Below, one piece after another: positions 46,901-57,205 of a stretch of 64,000 bases of DNA. Every line of letters begins with the position of its first letter. Position 1 is the first letter of the stretch. Below the pieces are notes generated by a model that saw only the letters and a list, made by a program, of their open reading frames with translations, was not told the DNA's origin and made no database searches. The translations under genes and the position numbers were made by a program. Origin of the DNA: Psammoneis japonica (Eukaryota); contig QPGO01000040.1 in NCBI GenBank assembly GCA_008632985.1, forward strand, positions 1-64,000, read 5' to 3'.

Positions 46901-48233
46901 TGGGTGGAGAATGTTGATGGCCCGAGGGCGGCGTGGGCGATGCACCAGCCCGAATCACATTCTTTTTACCCGCCATGAGATCATTCCAATTCTTTGTATT
47001 TGGATCTGCAGCAACAGTCGTTGCTTGTGGTGGCTCTTGTTTTTTCTTCGTTTTGTTTATTGCAGCGCTCTTTGAAATCATGGATGACGAAGATGCAAGC
47101 AAGCGTTTTGCATTGTGAGATACGGTATCCTCCAGATTGGCCAATTCATCTAACCCCTGCTCTACACGGTTCCATAATGCTTTCCATCTTGGTTTCCGTT
47201 GTTGGCGACCTTCGAGTTGATGTTGATGTTGATGTTGAACGTATTGACGTTGTTGGTAGCGACGTTGATCCATCTGTTGAGGGTAGCGATGCTGTGGCGG
47301 TTGTCGTTGCTGCGGCATTGGACGAATTTGGGCCTGTAGCTGCTGTGGCGGATATCCCTGTTGTTGTTGTTGTTGCTGCTGCTGCTGCTGCTGCTGTTTG
47401 GGGTATTTCTGTTGTTGATACTGATTCTGCTGCGTCTGCCGTGCTTGCTGCGGCTGAAGGTATGGCCTTTGCGCCGGTTGCTGCTGCGGTGGTACTGGCA
47501 CACTGATAGAAGAGAATATGAATGGTTTCTTGTCTGAAAGGTCTGTTTCCGGCTTTACCAATGTTGCAGGTCGTTGTGGTGGTGGACCGCGGTGTGCTGT
47601 TAACAGCGAGCCGTGAGGCTCTGTCGTTTTGGTCGCGGACGCCGACACGCGAGGAGGAGGTATTCTGCCTTCTTCTTTGACTGCTGGTCTAGAGAATTCG
47701 TTGCCGTGTTCTTTATAACCTTGTTTCTGCTCTTGTTTTAGTAAAGCATCCGTTTCTGACTTGGGGATATCTTTCTTTGGCAAAGCATTGTGCCTCGGCG
47801 GAGGTGGTCTCTCAAACAAGCTAGAAGGAGGTCGCTTAATCGCACTGCTCGAATGCCTTCTTGATGTATCATTTGTGTAGACGCGACTCTCCTCTCCTTT
47901 CGTAACACGCTGATCGGTTTTTACAGTCTCGGTATTCTTTTCTTTCTCATCGTGTATGCCTTCTTTTATTGGATTCAGAGGCGGACGAGGAGGAGGCAGC
48001 GGTGGCTTTTTCGGTACAAAAGTTATTGTTGATGTTGTTGCTTGTTTCTTCGGAACATCTTTACGAGGCGGTGGTGGCAAGATATTTTTGGATCGTTCGA
48101 GCGAGGAAGAAGCACGGACAAAGACGTGTTGTTGTTGCTGCTGTATAACTACCAGACAAAAACACAGCAACACCACACACAAACTGATTTGAAAATCTGG
48201 CGCGTTTCTTGTTCTTGCTTTCATCATATTCAT
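43929..48233 (-). CDS. Large membrane protein with signal peptide, Pro/Gln-rich N-terminus and a degenerate C-terminal ABC ATPase domain (probable in-frame intron at approx. 44492-44411)
   Basis: 1434-aa ORF; Walker A GNDGAGKT; Walker B-like ILILDDVTASM; DKVAVIKDGAIAETGAHHDLL...IYAAQW; several TM segments. Confidence 0.8.
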   Translation of the reverse strand: MNMMKARTRNAPDFQISLCVVLLCFCLVVIQQQQQHVFVRASSSLERSKNILPPPPRKDVPKKQATTSTITFVPKKPPLPPPRPPLNPIKEGIHDEKEKNTETVKTDQRVTKGEESRVYTNDTSRRHSSSAIKRPPSSLFERPPPPRHNALPKKDIPKSETDALLKQEQKQGYKEHGNEFSRPAVKEEGRIPPPRVSASATKTTEPHGSLLTAHRGPPPQRPATLVKPETDLSDKKPFIFSSISVPVPPQQQPAQRPYLQPQQARQTQQNQYQQQKYPKQQQQQQQQQQQQQGYPPQQLQAQIRPMPQQRQPPQHRYPQQMDQRRYQQRQYVQHQHQHQLEGRQQRKPRWKALWNRVEQGLDELANLEDTVSHNAKRLLASSSSMISKSAAINKTKKKQEPPQATTVAADPNTKNWNDLMAGKKNVIRAGASPTPPSGHQHSPPTAAALNQNATAKPRPYPSIQSTTEQPSKTAVGGRRHVDWPTRPEDATQGIAGSTKQQQHALSAQKPSSQTPSKPLPHDPGSRKQPDRRPISSAIDGWSTSPDTSRRTFSYDFDSPKFFARIVGAIPSPMRLFKRRSSSSLAADAWKDRDEVDRLASLDPRSTKEKWRERLFPFSGKQTSTDSTPKRRPWKALHRHSKKSSTTMTEPLQEALSLYKHGKEGNLSLLSTQDARTCHAIGRHRAFSDVVCLGLILLGIREMTPFVQTVKLPSLSELGSSSFLSSLQSACLDGLTDSWAPFALTAAFLVFANNSIKWNPQIQRVASEAGDSARDLTLYSQLYLRLMSSLPLQRNVLEWSRWTAGAQAIAMVASSRLSSFIFLALVGLCIVTVSFVQPVLAAIVSAFGEVLSLPQWRSWPVPWADLRSETRHVFKTLSDTILPFFGIENASSFLKEHPKKLLIQISVVVALLLVSRFPDLVLQRKTFESAMDSTDDDEMEDEAAASLLASSTENMNKLGVSSASRLTLQAEPGTIEGTLERWHLLKQRSDGVGVSASSLKSLLKLAGYSVSAGLLLATPLLLYMALGMSQSSLPGLDSTLVNLSVLLFFSWFLVWNALGSLLHVGVVLSPVSALYKTLVDTVGEISQLQSAKGDMQIAAMVSLTKGIAASDIWAAHTAKRAWAVRGANISCCNGEVLVLLGNDGAGKTRLLTALVEAMVRPPKRSQSTTKVRGSLSVGGIDVAKWDRTQLKKRLGVSLADVRTVADLAELMSGLTLEEILEPFDNGRSMAEPHSPGGRERSAMALAMKVSICIVSICDDFTVILKHRADCCVRIQITGVSTSLLPRLPSKLSTVVSANEDELQPSALRPPASALSPSEWSKVLLTKVLAQAIYDNDNQAKSHNSVDKCLLGSILILDDVTASMSEAEEARFLAALRQTGAAIILSSRKWATGRLSDKVAVIKDGAIAETGAHHDLLKVGPQKGIYAAQWHSMGTT

Positions 48234-48677
48234 ATTTATCGAGTTTGTCTGTCACTTTGGGAAACAGTAGGGTGTTTTGCTCAGGATTCGGTAAGCACTA
48301 ATCAATAGAGGAGCTTGTTGTAATAACCGCAGATCATCGACACTTCACAAACATCATAACGACAGCGCATGCAGAAAAAATAGGCGCCGCGACAACATCA
48401 TGCCGTTTTTGAGCGAACACACCTCGGCGTAGAAAACATACTGGCTTCTACGATGGTTGCCACACACGTGTTGAAAAGCGCGCGCGGGAAGGAAACTGCG
48501 CACCACATTCCGACTCATTTGACTGCAACACTTTATCTCCAACTTTGACTCGAGCCAACGAGCCGGATGGGCTCTAACTCTATGTATGGTAGATGATAGA
48601 TGGCAGTGAGTAGCCTTTCTTTCGAAGCTTTCTTTCTGTAATTGTAATAGTGATACAAGACAAACCAAAATATTACT

Positions 48678-49730
48678 CTAAACAATCCCCAAATCTTCGT
48701 GAGTTATTAGACTTGAATTCAAGTGACCCACAAAATTCTGTAGCAGCAAAGTCGCGTGGCGATCATCCGTTCTATCGTCGCAGTGGTTGTCGCCATTGTC
48801 ATTGTACGATACGACGTCAATATCAACAACCGTAATGGCCGTATTGTAACTTAGAAACTTTCGTTTCTTGACAATGGGAATGGGCAATCCCAACACGGCC
48901 TGTAGGACCATGTCTTTGAAATCTCCATGACACACGAGTGCAATGGTTTTGCTCGTTCGCTCTGTCAAACACGTGGCGGCCATTTGGTAGAAACGATCTG
49001 CAACACGTTGGATTCGTGGAATAGCCATGGCACGTGTTTCCTTGTTGCGATCAACAGGATACCAGCCGTCTTGTGTCACGTCAGGAGGCAACTTGTAATT
49101 GGGAAACAGTTGTGTCATTTTGCTTTTCGATAGCCCGCCTTGTCCGACGCCTTGTCTGTGAATTCCTGAAACTTCATAAATATCCGTCCATACCTCTGGG
49201 TCCATGTTTAGTGCGACGCCAATCGGTTGTGCTGTTCGGAGTGCGCGAAGCATGGGTGACACATAAAGGGCATCAATGTCACCCATGATTGGATTAAAGT
49301 CGGAAAAGGATTCGTGTGCGGCAAGGTACTGACCACAGGCAAGGGCGTGTTGCCTTCCTCGTGGTGATAGATCCGGGTCGTCGAGACGGTTGTTGCGATA
49401 GTAATCAACAGACTTTGCATTCATGACATTATTTTCGGATTCTCCGTGACGGATAAACAAGACACGGAGTCGGTATAGTGGATAGCCATACTCTGATTTT
49501 GTTGGGACAGACTCCTTATCATCGCGGTTTGTTCTTGACGTGGTTGTCGTGCTAAACTTGGAAGACGAAGAGGCGGCCAACACATTTCGCGGTCTCGCCA
49601 ACGACGATATCGTTGAGACAATCGCGATAGTAGCAGCGTTCACAAAACGAGACCTCATAAAAGGAGTTGTGGTAAGCTGTCTTGTCGAGTTGTTGACAGA
49701 GGGAATGCCTCGGGATAACAACAACAACAT
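48678..49730 (-). CDS. Histidine phosphatase (phosphoglycerate mutase-like) family protein
   Basis: Motifs FIRHGESENN, DPDLSPRG, SPMLRALRTA, ALVCHG, NTAIT. Confidence 0.9.
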   Translation of the reverse strand: MLLLLSRGIPSVNNSTRQLTTTPFMRSRFVNAATIAIVSTISSLARPRNVLAASSSSKFSTTTTSRTNRDDKESVPTKSEYGYPLYRLRVLFIRHGESENNVMNAKSVDYYRNNRLDDPDLSPRGRQHALACGQYLAAHESFSDFNPIMGDIDALYVSPMLRALRTAQPIGVALNMDPEVWTDIYEVSGIHRQGVGQGGLSKSKMTQLFPNYKLPPDVTQDGWYPVDRNKETRAMAIPRIQRVADRFYQMAATCLTERTSKTIALVCHGDFKDMVLQAVLGLPIPIVKKRKFLSYNTAITVVDIDVVSYNDNGDNHCDDRTDDRHATLLLQNFVGHLNSSLITHEDLGIV

Positions 49731-49829
49731 CGTTGGCTGTTGCTCGAAGTGGTTTTTAGCAAAGATTCAGATGATGCGACGTCGCGTTACGAGTTGTTGC
49801 GAAATCCAAAATTCCAACAAATGGGGATG

Positions 49830-52180
49830 ACGTCACGGAAATCTGATTTGGGCACACGGGATCGCCATCTCCCGCTCGCTCTCCCCAAGCCCAGCCACCA
49901 CCAGCAGGGACGTTCTGCGACCTTTCCACTCTTCCGCTGCTGAAGGCACTTCCGTGCCTCCTTCTGCTGTTCACTTCCGTTCTCAACAGGCTCTCTAACT
50001 GTGTGCTTGGTTCAATCTTTGCCTGAAGCCAGTCCACCTCTCACAACCAGCGCCACAGCCGACCACGCATCGAAGTGCCGTGCTGGCCCTCGAGATTTCC
50101 TTCCAGCTTCAACACAAGTGACAACTTGTCCCAACATGGATTGAAAAAGCAACTGGGCAGCATTTTCTTGGTGAAATTGACGTGTGCTCATGACACTTCT
50201 TCAGCGTGCTGTGTGCTGCTGGCGCCTCTGCTTTTGGCTTGTTCTTGGAGAGCTGCCATCCTCACATTGCTGCCGAGTGAGGGGCTTGTTGATTCTTGAT
50301 TCCTGTGTGGCACAATGTCTGTTTCATGTGGGTTGCAGCATGTGCGCCATGTTTCATGGAAGGAGAATGCCAGCTGCACCCTTGTGTCAAGAGATTGCCC
50401 AGTGAGTCAGGTCGCTTCCAGGACCTTCAGTTGGCAACAGATCAGAAATCCCAGTCAATGCCTGTGTCATTCACCAGCGCATGGAGCAACCTTTGTAGCT
50501 CCCACCCCATCTGCCACACAAAGCACAAACAATGAGCAAACAATGGCATTCAACCACTGCATGAGAGACCTGCTCAGTGTGCATTCCAGAGGTTCAGCCA
50601 AACAAGTGGTCTGTCACATGGCCCACTCTCGTGGCTGGCATCCTTGATCTTGACTTGTTCCAGACTCATGTGCATGAATGTGCAGTCCAAACTTAAGGTG
50701 CAATTTTCAATGGCCAAAAAACACAATGATCTTCAAATGCATTGTCATGGGCACATGCAGAAAGGTCTCGTGCATGCACTCATGTGTGAGAAACTGAGGA
50801 TGGACCAAGTTGTTGATCGCCAAATTGTGCCTTAAGATGAGAGCTCTTTTTTCCGATGAGTGATTTGCAACTGCTTTTGTGTGTTGACAAACAACACATT
50901 GATTGTTGTTCTTGTGCACCAATGTGCTCTCAAATGCGACATGAATGATGTTTCGTCCACTCATTTGAGTGCAAGTTGATCTCAATGGATTGAACAAAAC
51001 ATGCATTGATTGACAAGTTTCGGAAGACGCGGAAAGAAATGAAGCTCAGCATGTGCAATGGCATCAACTTCAGACCCTTTTTCACTGTTCCATTGGCATG
51101 AACAACTGACACACTTGCACAAGTCCATGTTGTGGAGGAAATGTGCATGAAAATGGAAAAGAAATGTGCTTTCTTGGAGGCAAATTGTGAGTGAATTGAG
51201 GCTCAATTGTTGGTGCTGACAGATTGAATCTTCTTGTGCCATGCTGCAGCCTGCATCAAGCATTTTCATTGTTGTGATGGATGCCACAGACCATGTGAAA
51301 TGCTGTGGTCTTCATCATGACATTCAATTTTCCATGAGGTTGAAAAAAGCGGGCTGTCATGGTTGCTGAAAGCCATGGCCGTTTTGGCTGTTTGTTGGCT
51401 CGAATTTGCTCTGTTTGTTTCACTTAAAATCCATTGATGTGATCATTTAAATAAAATGTCAATGATGTTGAACAAAGCATGAAACATTCATTTTTTGTGC
51501 AAAATCAGGCATGAGCATGCCACCTGAGTCTGGAGCAAGTCTTTTGCCAAAGTGCTGGTGCTGGTCTCCTCGCTCACCCACGATTTTTGACCTCGCACGC
51601 TGCATCCCTCACAAGCAGATGTTTTTACTGCAGTGTTCATTGGCATCACACTCCAGCATGTGCTGACCTTCCCATGCACAGTGGAGAAGGAGCGGTGCAG
51701 TGCCTGTGGACAGGCGGCATCAACAGCGCGGTGTCAATCTTGTTTCTTGTGCTTTCTGCTGCGCAGCTGTGGTGCTGGGCTTGCTCCCCCTCCCCCTGCC
51801 TCTCTCCACTGACAAATCATGTGCTTCAAGAGATGAAGTCCATTTTTTCTTTTTTTTCAGCTCTCAGACTGTTGTTCTGCCTTCCCTCTCCCTGCTGCCT
51901 CTTTCTTTTGAGAGCACTCTGCCGCAAAGGAGCTTTGCACGCATGCATGCAAGCACAGCCAGGTGACCTGTGTGTTTCCACTTGGACAAGAATGTTTGTT
52001 TTTTCATTCACAAGGTGCTGTGTGATGGCCATTCTGGTCCCCGGGTGTGAGCCATCATCCATTCGCTTGGCCAAGAGCGAGAACAGGAAACTTGAGTGAC
52101 ACCTGGAACGATTTGGCACGGTGACTCATTCATGTCTGCCCTAATTGTGAATGACGTGAAGGACATCATGACTCACTTAA
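49830..52180. mobile_element. Unclassified degenerate TpA-depleted repeat, probable transposon relic
   Basis: Sharp compositional block between two normal genes; no intact ORF. Confidence 0.5.
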
Positions 52181-52634
52181 GGGCGTCGTGACGTGTTTCC
52201 GATTCATCATTCTTGAAGGTGCGCTCAATCTTCTTGTGAATGACGTTAGAGAGTGTCCCTATTCTTGCGTAAATAATATCAAGAAAATTGAGTGTATGGT
52301 TAAGCATAAACGATGACACTCTGAGGTCATGATTGGAGTGAAATTCCGTGCACCAAAGTGTCACGCATGAATCCAACCAAATCCAACGCTCGCACCACAT
52401 CCACGTAGAACTCAGTACAAAAGCTACGTAATACTCATGCGGTTGGCGATCCTTTGATCACATTTTTTGCTTTCTCACACCTCAAACTGAGTTGAAACAC
52501 ACGACAACTCAATCTCCAAGCTATTGTATCGAGACAAGTCCTGCTGAGCAATTCATCGAAACTCTCCAGCGACACTTCCACATACAAACTCAAAAGTGGA
52601 GCCTGGAGAAATTTCATAATTCATAGAGACAACC

Positions 52635-54436
52635 ATGTGCAACATGACAGCAACATACCGCTCAGGCGAGAAAGAGCCATTGACGTCACTCTCGCAGGAA
52701 GAAACGGCTTTCTCGGCTTGTGCCAACAACAGAACTACTGCATATTCATTAGAGAATAGGAGAGGAAAAGCGCCATACTTGATTGTTACGTTGGTCCCAG
52801 CCGTGGCATTGAGATTGTGCGACTTTAGTTTCAACTATTCCTGGTCCTTTGGGCTCTACTCATGCTTGTCCCTCGTTGTAGCAGCGCTGACCCACATGAT
52901 TTATCAGCAAAGAGTGTTGACTCGCTCGCTACTTAGCAAGGTTCCATCCTCTGATAATATCAAGACGGCTACAACAGCTACGATCTCCTCAACAATCAAG
53001 AGGATTTCTTCGAATCAGTGCTGGGAGAGCTTACACGGGAAGACAAGCCATTCCAAGAATCAGCACGTCACTACACTCTCCAATAACGATCCATTTGTTT
53101 CTTTGGATGTCATATCGAAGTTAACATTGTCCGATGTCACGCACTCCTTCTATACGCCAAGGACAAGAATAGCCATCGTTGCGAAGGTACGACGACGAGT
53201 GCAGCGTTGGAGCAAGTCATGACCGCGTTGGACACGTCCGCGTCGAAGTCACGTGGTCCGAATGTGATTGAGCGCAATACGTTGTCCTCGGATGCGTTTG
53301 GCGATATGGATGCCTTACGGTTCTGTGCCGCGGTTCGAATCTTTGGCGAATGGCGCGTCGTTCGACAAGTTCCTGATGGATACAAGGGCTATGCCGTCGG
53401 AATGAACTTGGGCAAACGAGACATTGTACAAAACCTTGCCAAGATGGAGCATGCGGTACACAACTGGATTGATCACAATAGAAACCGCGACGAAGTCTTG
53501 AAAAGCCCGAGTTTGCGCGATCTTTTAGTGCACGAAGTCAACACCAACGTTCACCATCGGCTTCCGAAGCTCAAGGAAAAGACGGCAGCCATCGGGCTGG
53601 TCTGGACGTACCGTCAGTTGCAATACCAAACGTGCGTCTACGCCAACATGGTCAATGGAGAATACAACAAAGCTGCGCTGGATGCTTACAAGGAAGTGTA
53701 CGACAAGTATCACGGATGGGCAGTACAAAAGATGTTCAAGTACTCTTTTCAGGGAGCGCCGCCCGAACACGAAATTTATAGGCATATGAACCCTGAGTTG
53801 CTACAACAGGTCACTGACAAAGTGAAGAACGAAAGCACCGTGTTGCTGCGTAGTGCAAGCCTTTCATCGTTACCGGGCTGCAGTTTTGACGACGAGTCGT
53901 TCGTGCTTGATCAAGAGAGTGATAGCGTCGACTGGGAGATTGTCCCCAACGTCACAGAATCTTCGTTTCTATTTGATTCAGATGACGAGGAAGATTCTGT
54001 GGTTAACGACAAAGGGAAAGCCGAATCGAAAAAGAATCCTCTTGAAGAGGCTTTGGATCACATTGTTCGAGAAACCAAAAAGTTTGAAAAGAATATGGAG
54101 CGTGGATGGAATGAATTCGTGTCTTCGATTGTCAGTGTCTTTGATAAAGACCACAAGCAAAAGAGTAGTGGAGCTTCGCATTCTACAAACGAGGAAAGAA
54201 GCGATGACAAAGAAAAATCAGTGGACCAGAGACGCCGAGAGTGTTTTAAGAAGAAGCGTCAAGAACAATCTGTTTCTGAAGATCAAACAGAAGCACTGAA
54301 TAAAATGATATCTACAGAAATGACCAATGGTGCTCACTCGCAAATGAAGCACTATCTCAAAGTCGCTCAGCCTATGATGGATGACTTGCTGAGCATGGTG
54401 AAAGAGCTGAATATGAACGACCCTACGAAAGTATAG
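52635..54436 (+). CDS. Glycolipid transfer protein (GLTP)-domain protein with N-terminal hydrophobic region; apparent frameshift near 53140
   Basis: KRDIVQNLAK, TAAIGLVWTYRQL and AYKEVYDKYHGWAVQKMF...AP match the GLTP fold signature; the upstream ORF 52635..53222 overlaps in another frame. Confidence 0.65.
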
Positions 54437-54993
54437 ATAGAAAGTGATGGATTATGGGTATGTAAATAGTATATATAAACAATAGAATTGCTACGGTTTG
54501 CTCATTCATTCGTCGATGGCCACGTATTTGTCCGTCCTGTTGATGTTGCGTATGCTGAATGTGCTCTATCCTCTCTACGAGTAGAAGTAGAGGTGAGAGG
54601 CAAATAATGTATGTAGACTCTACCGTAGAGTTGATGGTGGTGGCGTTTCCTTTTAGGTCTCTTGCATGGGTGTTAAATAATCCTGAACAATTATGGAGAA
54701 ATTTTCTTTTACTGTTAAGTAAACAGATTCTCGTTTTTCCGTAAATATTGAGAGATAAATGTCGTCAACGCGAACCCCCATGCGTGTTCGGGGTCCGAAT
54801 TTCCCACAAAACAATAAAGGGACGAAAGCATCGCATCACGCCTCCCACAGTATTCTTCTCGACAAATAATTGAAGCTCTCGAAAAGACGGCACATCTGGT
54901 AAGAAGCACGACGTGAGCGGTTTCTCTCTTTCTGTGACTTGCCGCTTCTAACGACTTGGTTTGGCCTGTTCGTGGCTACAGTACCCGATTGTA

Positions 54994-56754
54994 ATGAAAC
55001 GCAGAACTCTAGAATGCACGGCGTTGGGAACCTGCCTACTTTTTGCTTTTATCTGTGAAGGTGCAAACGCAAAAGAAGATGTAGGAGTAATCGAAGAACC
55101 TGATGGTATCGATGGTTTCGCTACTAACCACGCAAAAAGCTTTGACTTTGGAACAACCAATAGCATTGCTGACGACACGATGGAAACCACGATGAAAGAT
55201 ATCGCCCTAGCGAGGGACCTTGTTGATGAATCACTGCCCTCCTGGACAGAGAAATATATGGCTGTTGACATTGGAGAATGGATTCAAATGGGACGGAGTA
55301 TTACCATTGATCCCAAAAAAAGGTTCGAAATGGTGGCAATGTCTAGAGATGGAAATCGTATGGTCATTTCAGAGAGTGGCAGATATGGAAAATTTGGGCG
55401 GATCCGTGCATATCAGTGGAACTCTTTCAAGTCGGACTGGAAGCTAATGGGTCAAATCATCGAGGGAGTATACCACAGTCCTCTAGTCGCCATGTCAGCC
55501 GATGGAAAATTTATTGTTACTGCTGAGGGACAAGAAGCAGTGCGTGTCTTCAAGTGGCAACGTCAAATGTGGAAACAGGTCGGAGAAAGCATTCCAATGT
55601 GGGTGGGTACAAGCTACAATAGAGGATACTTTCAGTCAGTGGCAATATCGGATAATGGGCAAACTATTGCAGCTTCAATGTTGAACTATCGCATTAGAGT
55701 CCCTGGACAGGTCAAAGTATTTGACTGGGGAGGATCAAAGTGGAAAGAGAAGGGACACTTGTCCGGAAGCCTAAACAGCCTAGGGACATATGATTCATTC
55801 GGGGACAGTATCGCAATGTCAGGAGATGGGAATCAATTGGCAATAGGTATTCCCTTTGCTGTAAAATCTGGAAAACGTGTAGGAAAGGCACAAGTCTTGA
55901 AGAGGAGGGAGGGATCATCTTCTTGGGTTCAAAAAGGACAAGACATTTACGGCAAAGGAAAGGACTACGGCTTTGGTAGGTCCATTGCGATATCTCAAAA
56001 TGGAAGCCGCGTAATTATTGGTGAAAAGAGACATCGAGAAAGTGGATACGCACGTGTTGTTGAGTGGAACGAATCCAAAAAGCTTTGGAACATGGTAGGA
56101 AGCGATATCGAAGCGGAGTACAATGACGATTTCGGGGAATCAGTTTCAATATCGAGTGATGGAGGGCGAGTAGTTGCGGGCGCCAGAGACTTTGATGAAA
56201 TGGTTGGCCCCTCAGGAGCCGGGTTTGCTCGGATGTTTCACTTTGATGGAACCTCATGGCTACAGCTGGGAAATGGATTGTATGGGAGGAAAAAATATAG
56301 TGGATTTGGCGCAGGCGGGGTGTCAATGGCAGGCAGTGGAAATCGTGTGGCAATCTTTTCGGGAAATGCCATTAGTGTTTACAATTTCGTTCCACTCGCC
56401 AATGACGCTCTTGTTGTAGAAATCAACATCAAGCCATTCAAGAAGAACCATGACATCAAAATCAGCAGAGCTCGTAAAGAAGAAACTGTAGGCGTTGCCG
56501 TACTTACAACCGACGACTTTGACGCCAAAAAGGTAGACGTACAATCCATTCGATTCGGTCCTGATATGGCACAGCCTGTCAGTTGGCTAAAGAAGGATGT
56601 CAATTTCGACGGTATCAAGGACATTATTCTCGTGTTCAAACTCCACCATACCGGGTTTAGTCCAGGGCGCCAGCAAGCATGCTTGCATGGAGAGCACACA
56701 TCTGGAGTGGAATTCAAGGGTTGTCGAATCGTTCGCGTCACCAAGGCAAAGTAG
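54994..56754 (+). CDS. Secreted beta-propeller (FG-GAP-like repeat) protein with a bacterial-type C-terminal domain, copy 1
   Basis: Signal peptide; repeated W.Q.G..I.G....FG.S.A.S.DG..(V/L)A.G blades; C-terminal INIKP...VAVLTTDDFDA...DVNFDGIKDIILVF; intronless. Confidence 0.85.
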   Translation: MKRRTLECTALGTCLLFAFICEGANAKEDVGVIEEPDGIDGFATNHAKSFDFGTTNSIADDTMETTMKDIALARDLVDESLPSWTEKYMAVDIGEWIQMGRSITIDPKKRFEMVAMSRDGNRMVISESGRYGKFGRIRAYQWNSFKSDWKLMGQIIEGVYHSPLVAMSADGKFIVTAEGQEAVRVFKWQRQMWKQVGESIPMWVGTSYNRGYFQSVAISDNGQTIAASMLNYRIRVPGQVKVFDWGGSKWKEKGHLSGSLNSLGTYDSFGDSIAMSGDGNQLAIGIPFAVKSGKRVGKAQVLKRREGSSSWVQKGQDIYGKGKDYGFGRSIAISQNGSRVIIGEKRHRESGYARVVEWNESKKLWNMVGSDIEAEYNDDFGESVSISSDGGRVVAGARDFDEMVGPSGAGFARMFHFDGTSWLQLGNGLYGRKKYSGFGAGGVSMAGSGNRVAIFSGNAISVYNFVPLANDALVVEINIKPFKKNHDIKISRARKEETVGVAVLTTDDFDAKKVDVQSIRFGPDMAQPVSWLKKDVNFDGIKDIILVFKLHHTGFSPGRQQACLHGEHTSGVEFKGCRIVRVTKAK

Positions 56755-57205
56755 TGAGATATTTCGGATACACAAATACCAGGAAACCTTTTAATATATA
56801 GACAGTACTTACCATTTTTAGGTTGTCGCTGACGAATGCGATGTTGTGCTTCTATATCTTTGAATGTGCCGTGAGCAAGAGTCGAGTTCTTGACTCATTG
56901 TTAGAACTCGTCTCGTTGTGATGTGGAGAGAATAAGTTTACCGCTTTGCGTAACACGTAAACCACACAGAAAGGTGGAACGTAAACGTTTAGAAGCTCTT
57001 CACACACCACAAGATAAAAATAGCGCCGGATTTCATACGGGAGGTCCACGCAAGCATTTTAGTCTTTTGGATGCAACCCAGCATCGCCCAAGTATGGGGA
57101 TCCAAATGCACCCACACGTGCCATGTGTGGATTCTCTTGCATTGCATTTACTTCATTCTCCAACTTGGCAAGCTCCTTGTTGTCGGGGAAAATTTCTTGG
57201 GCTCG

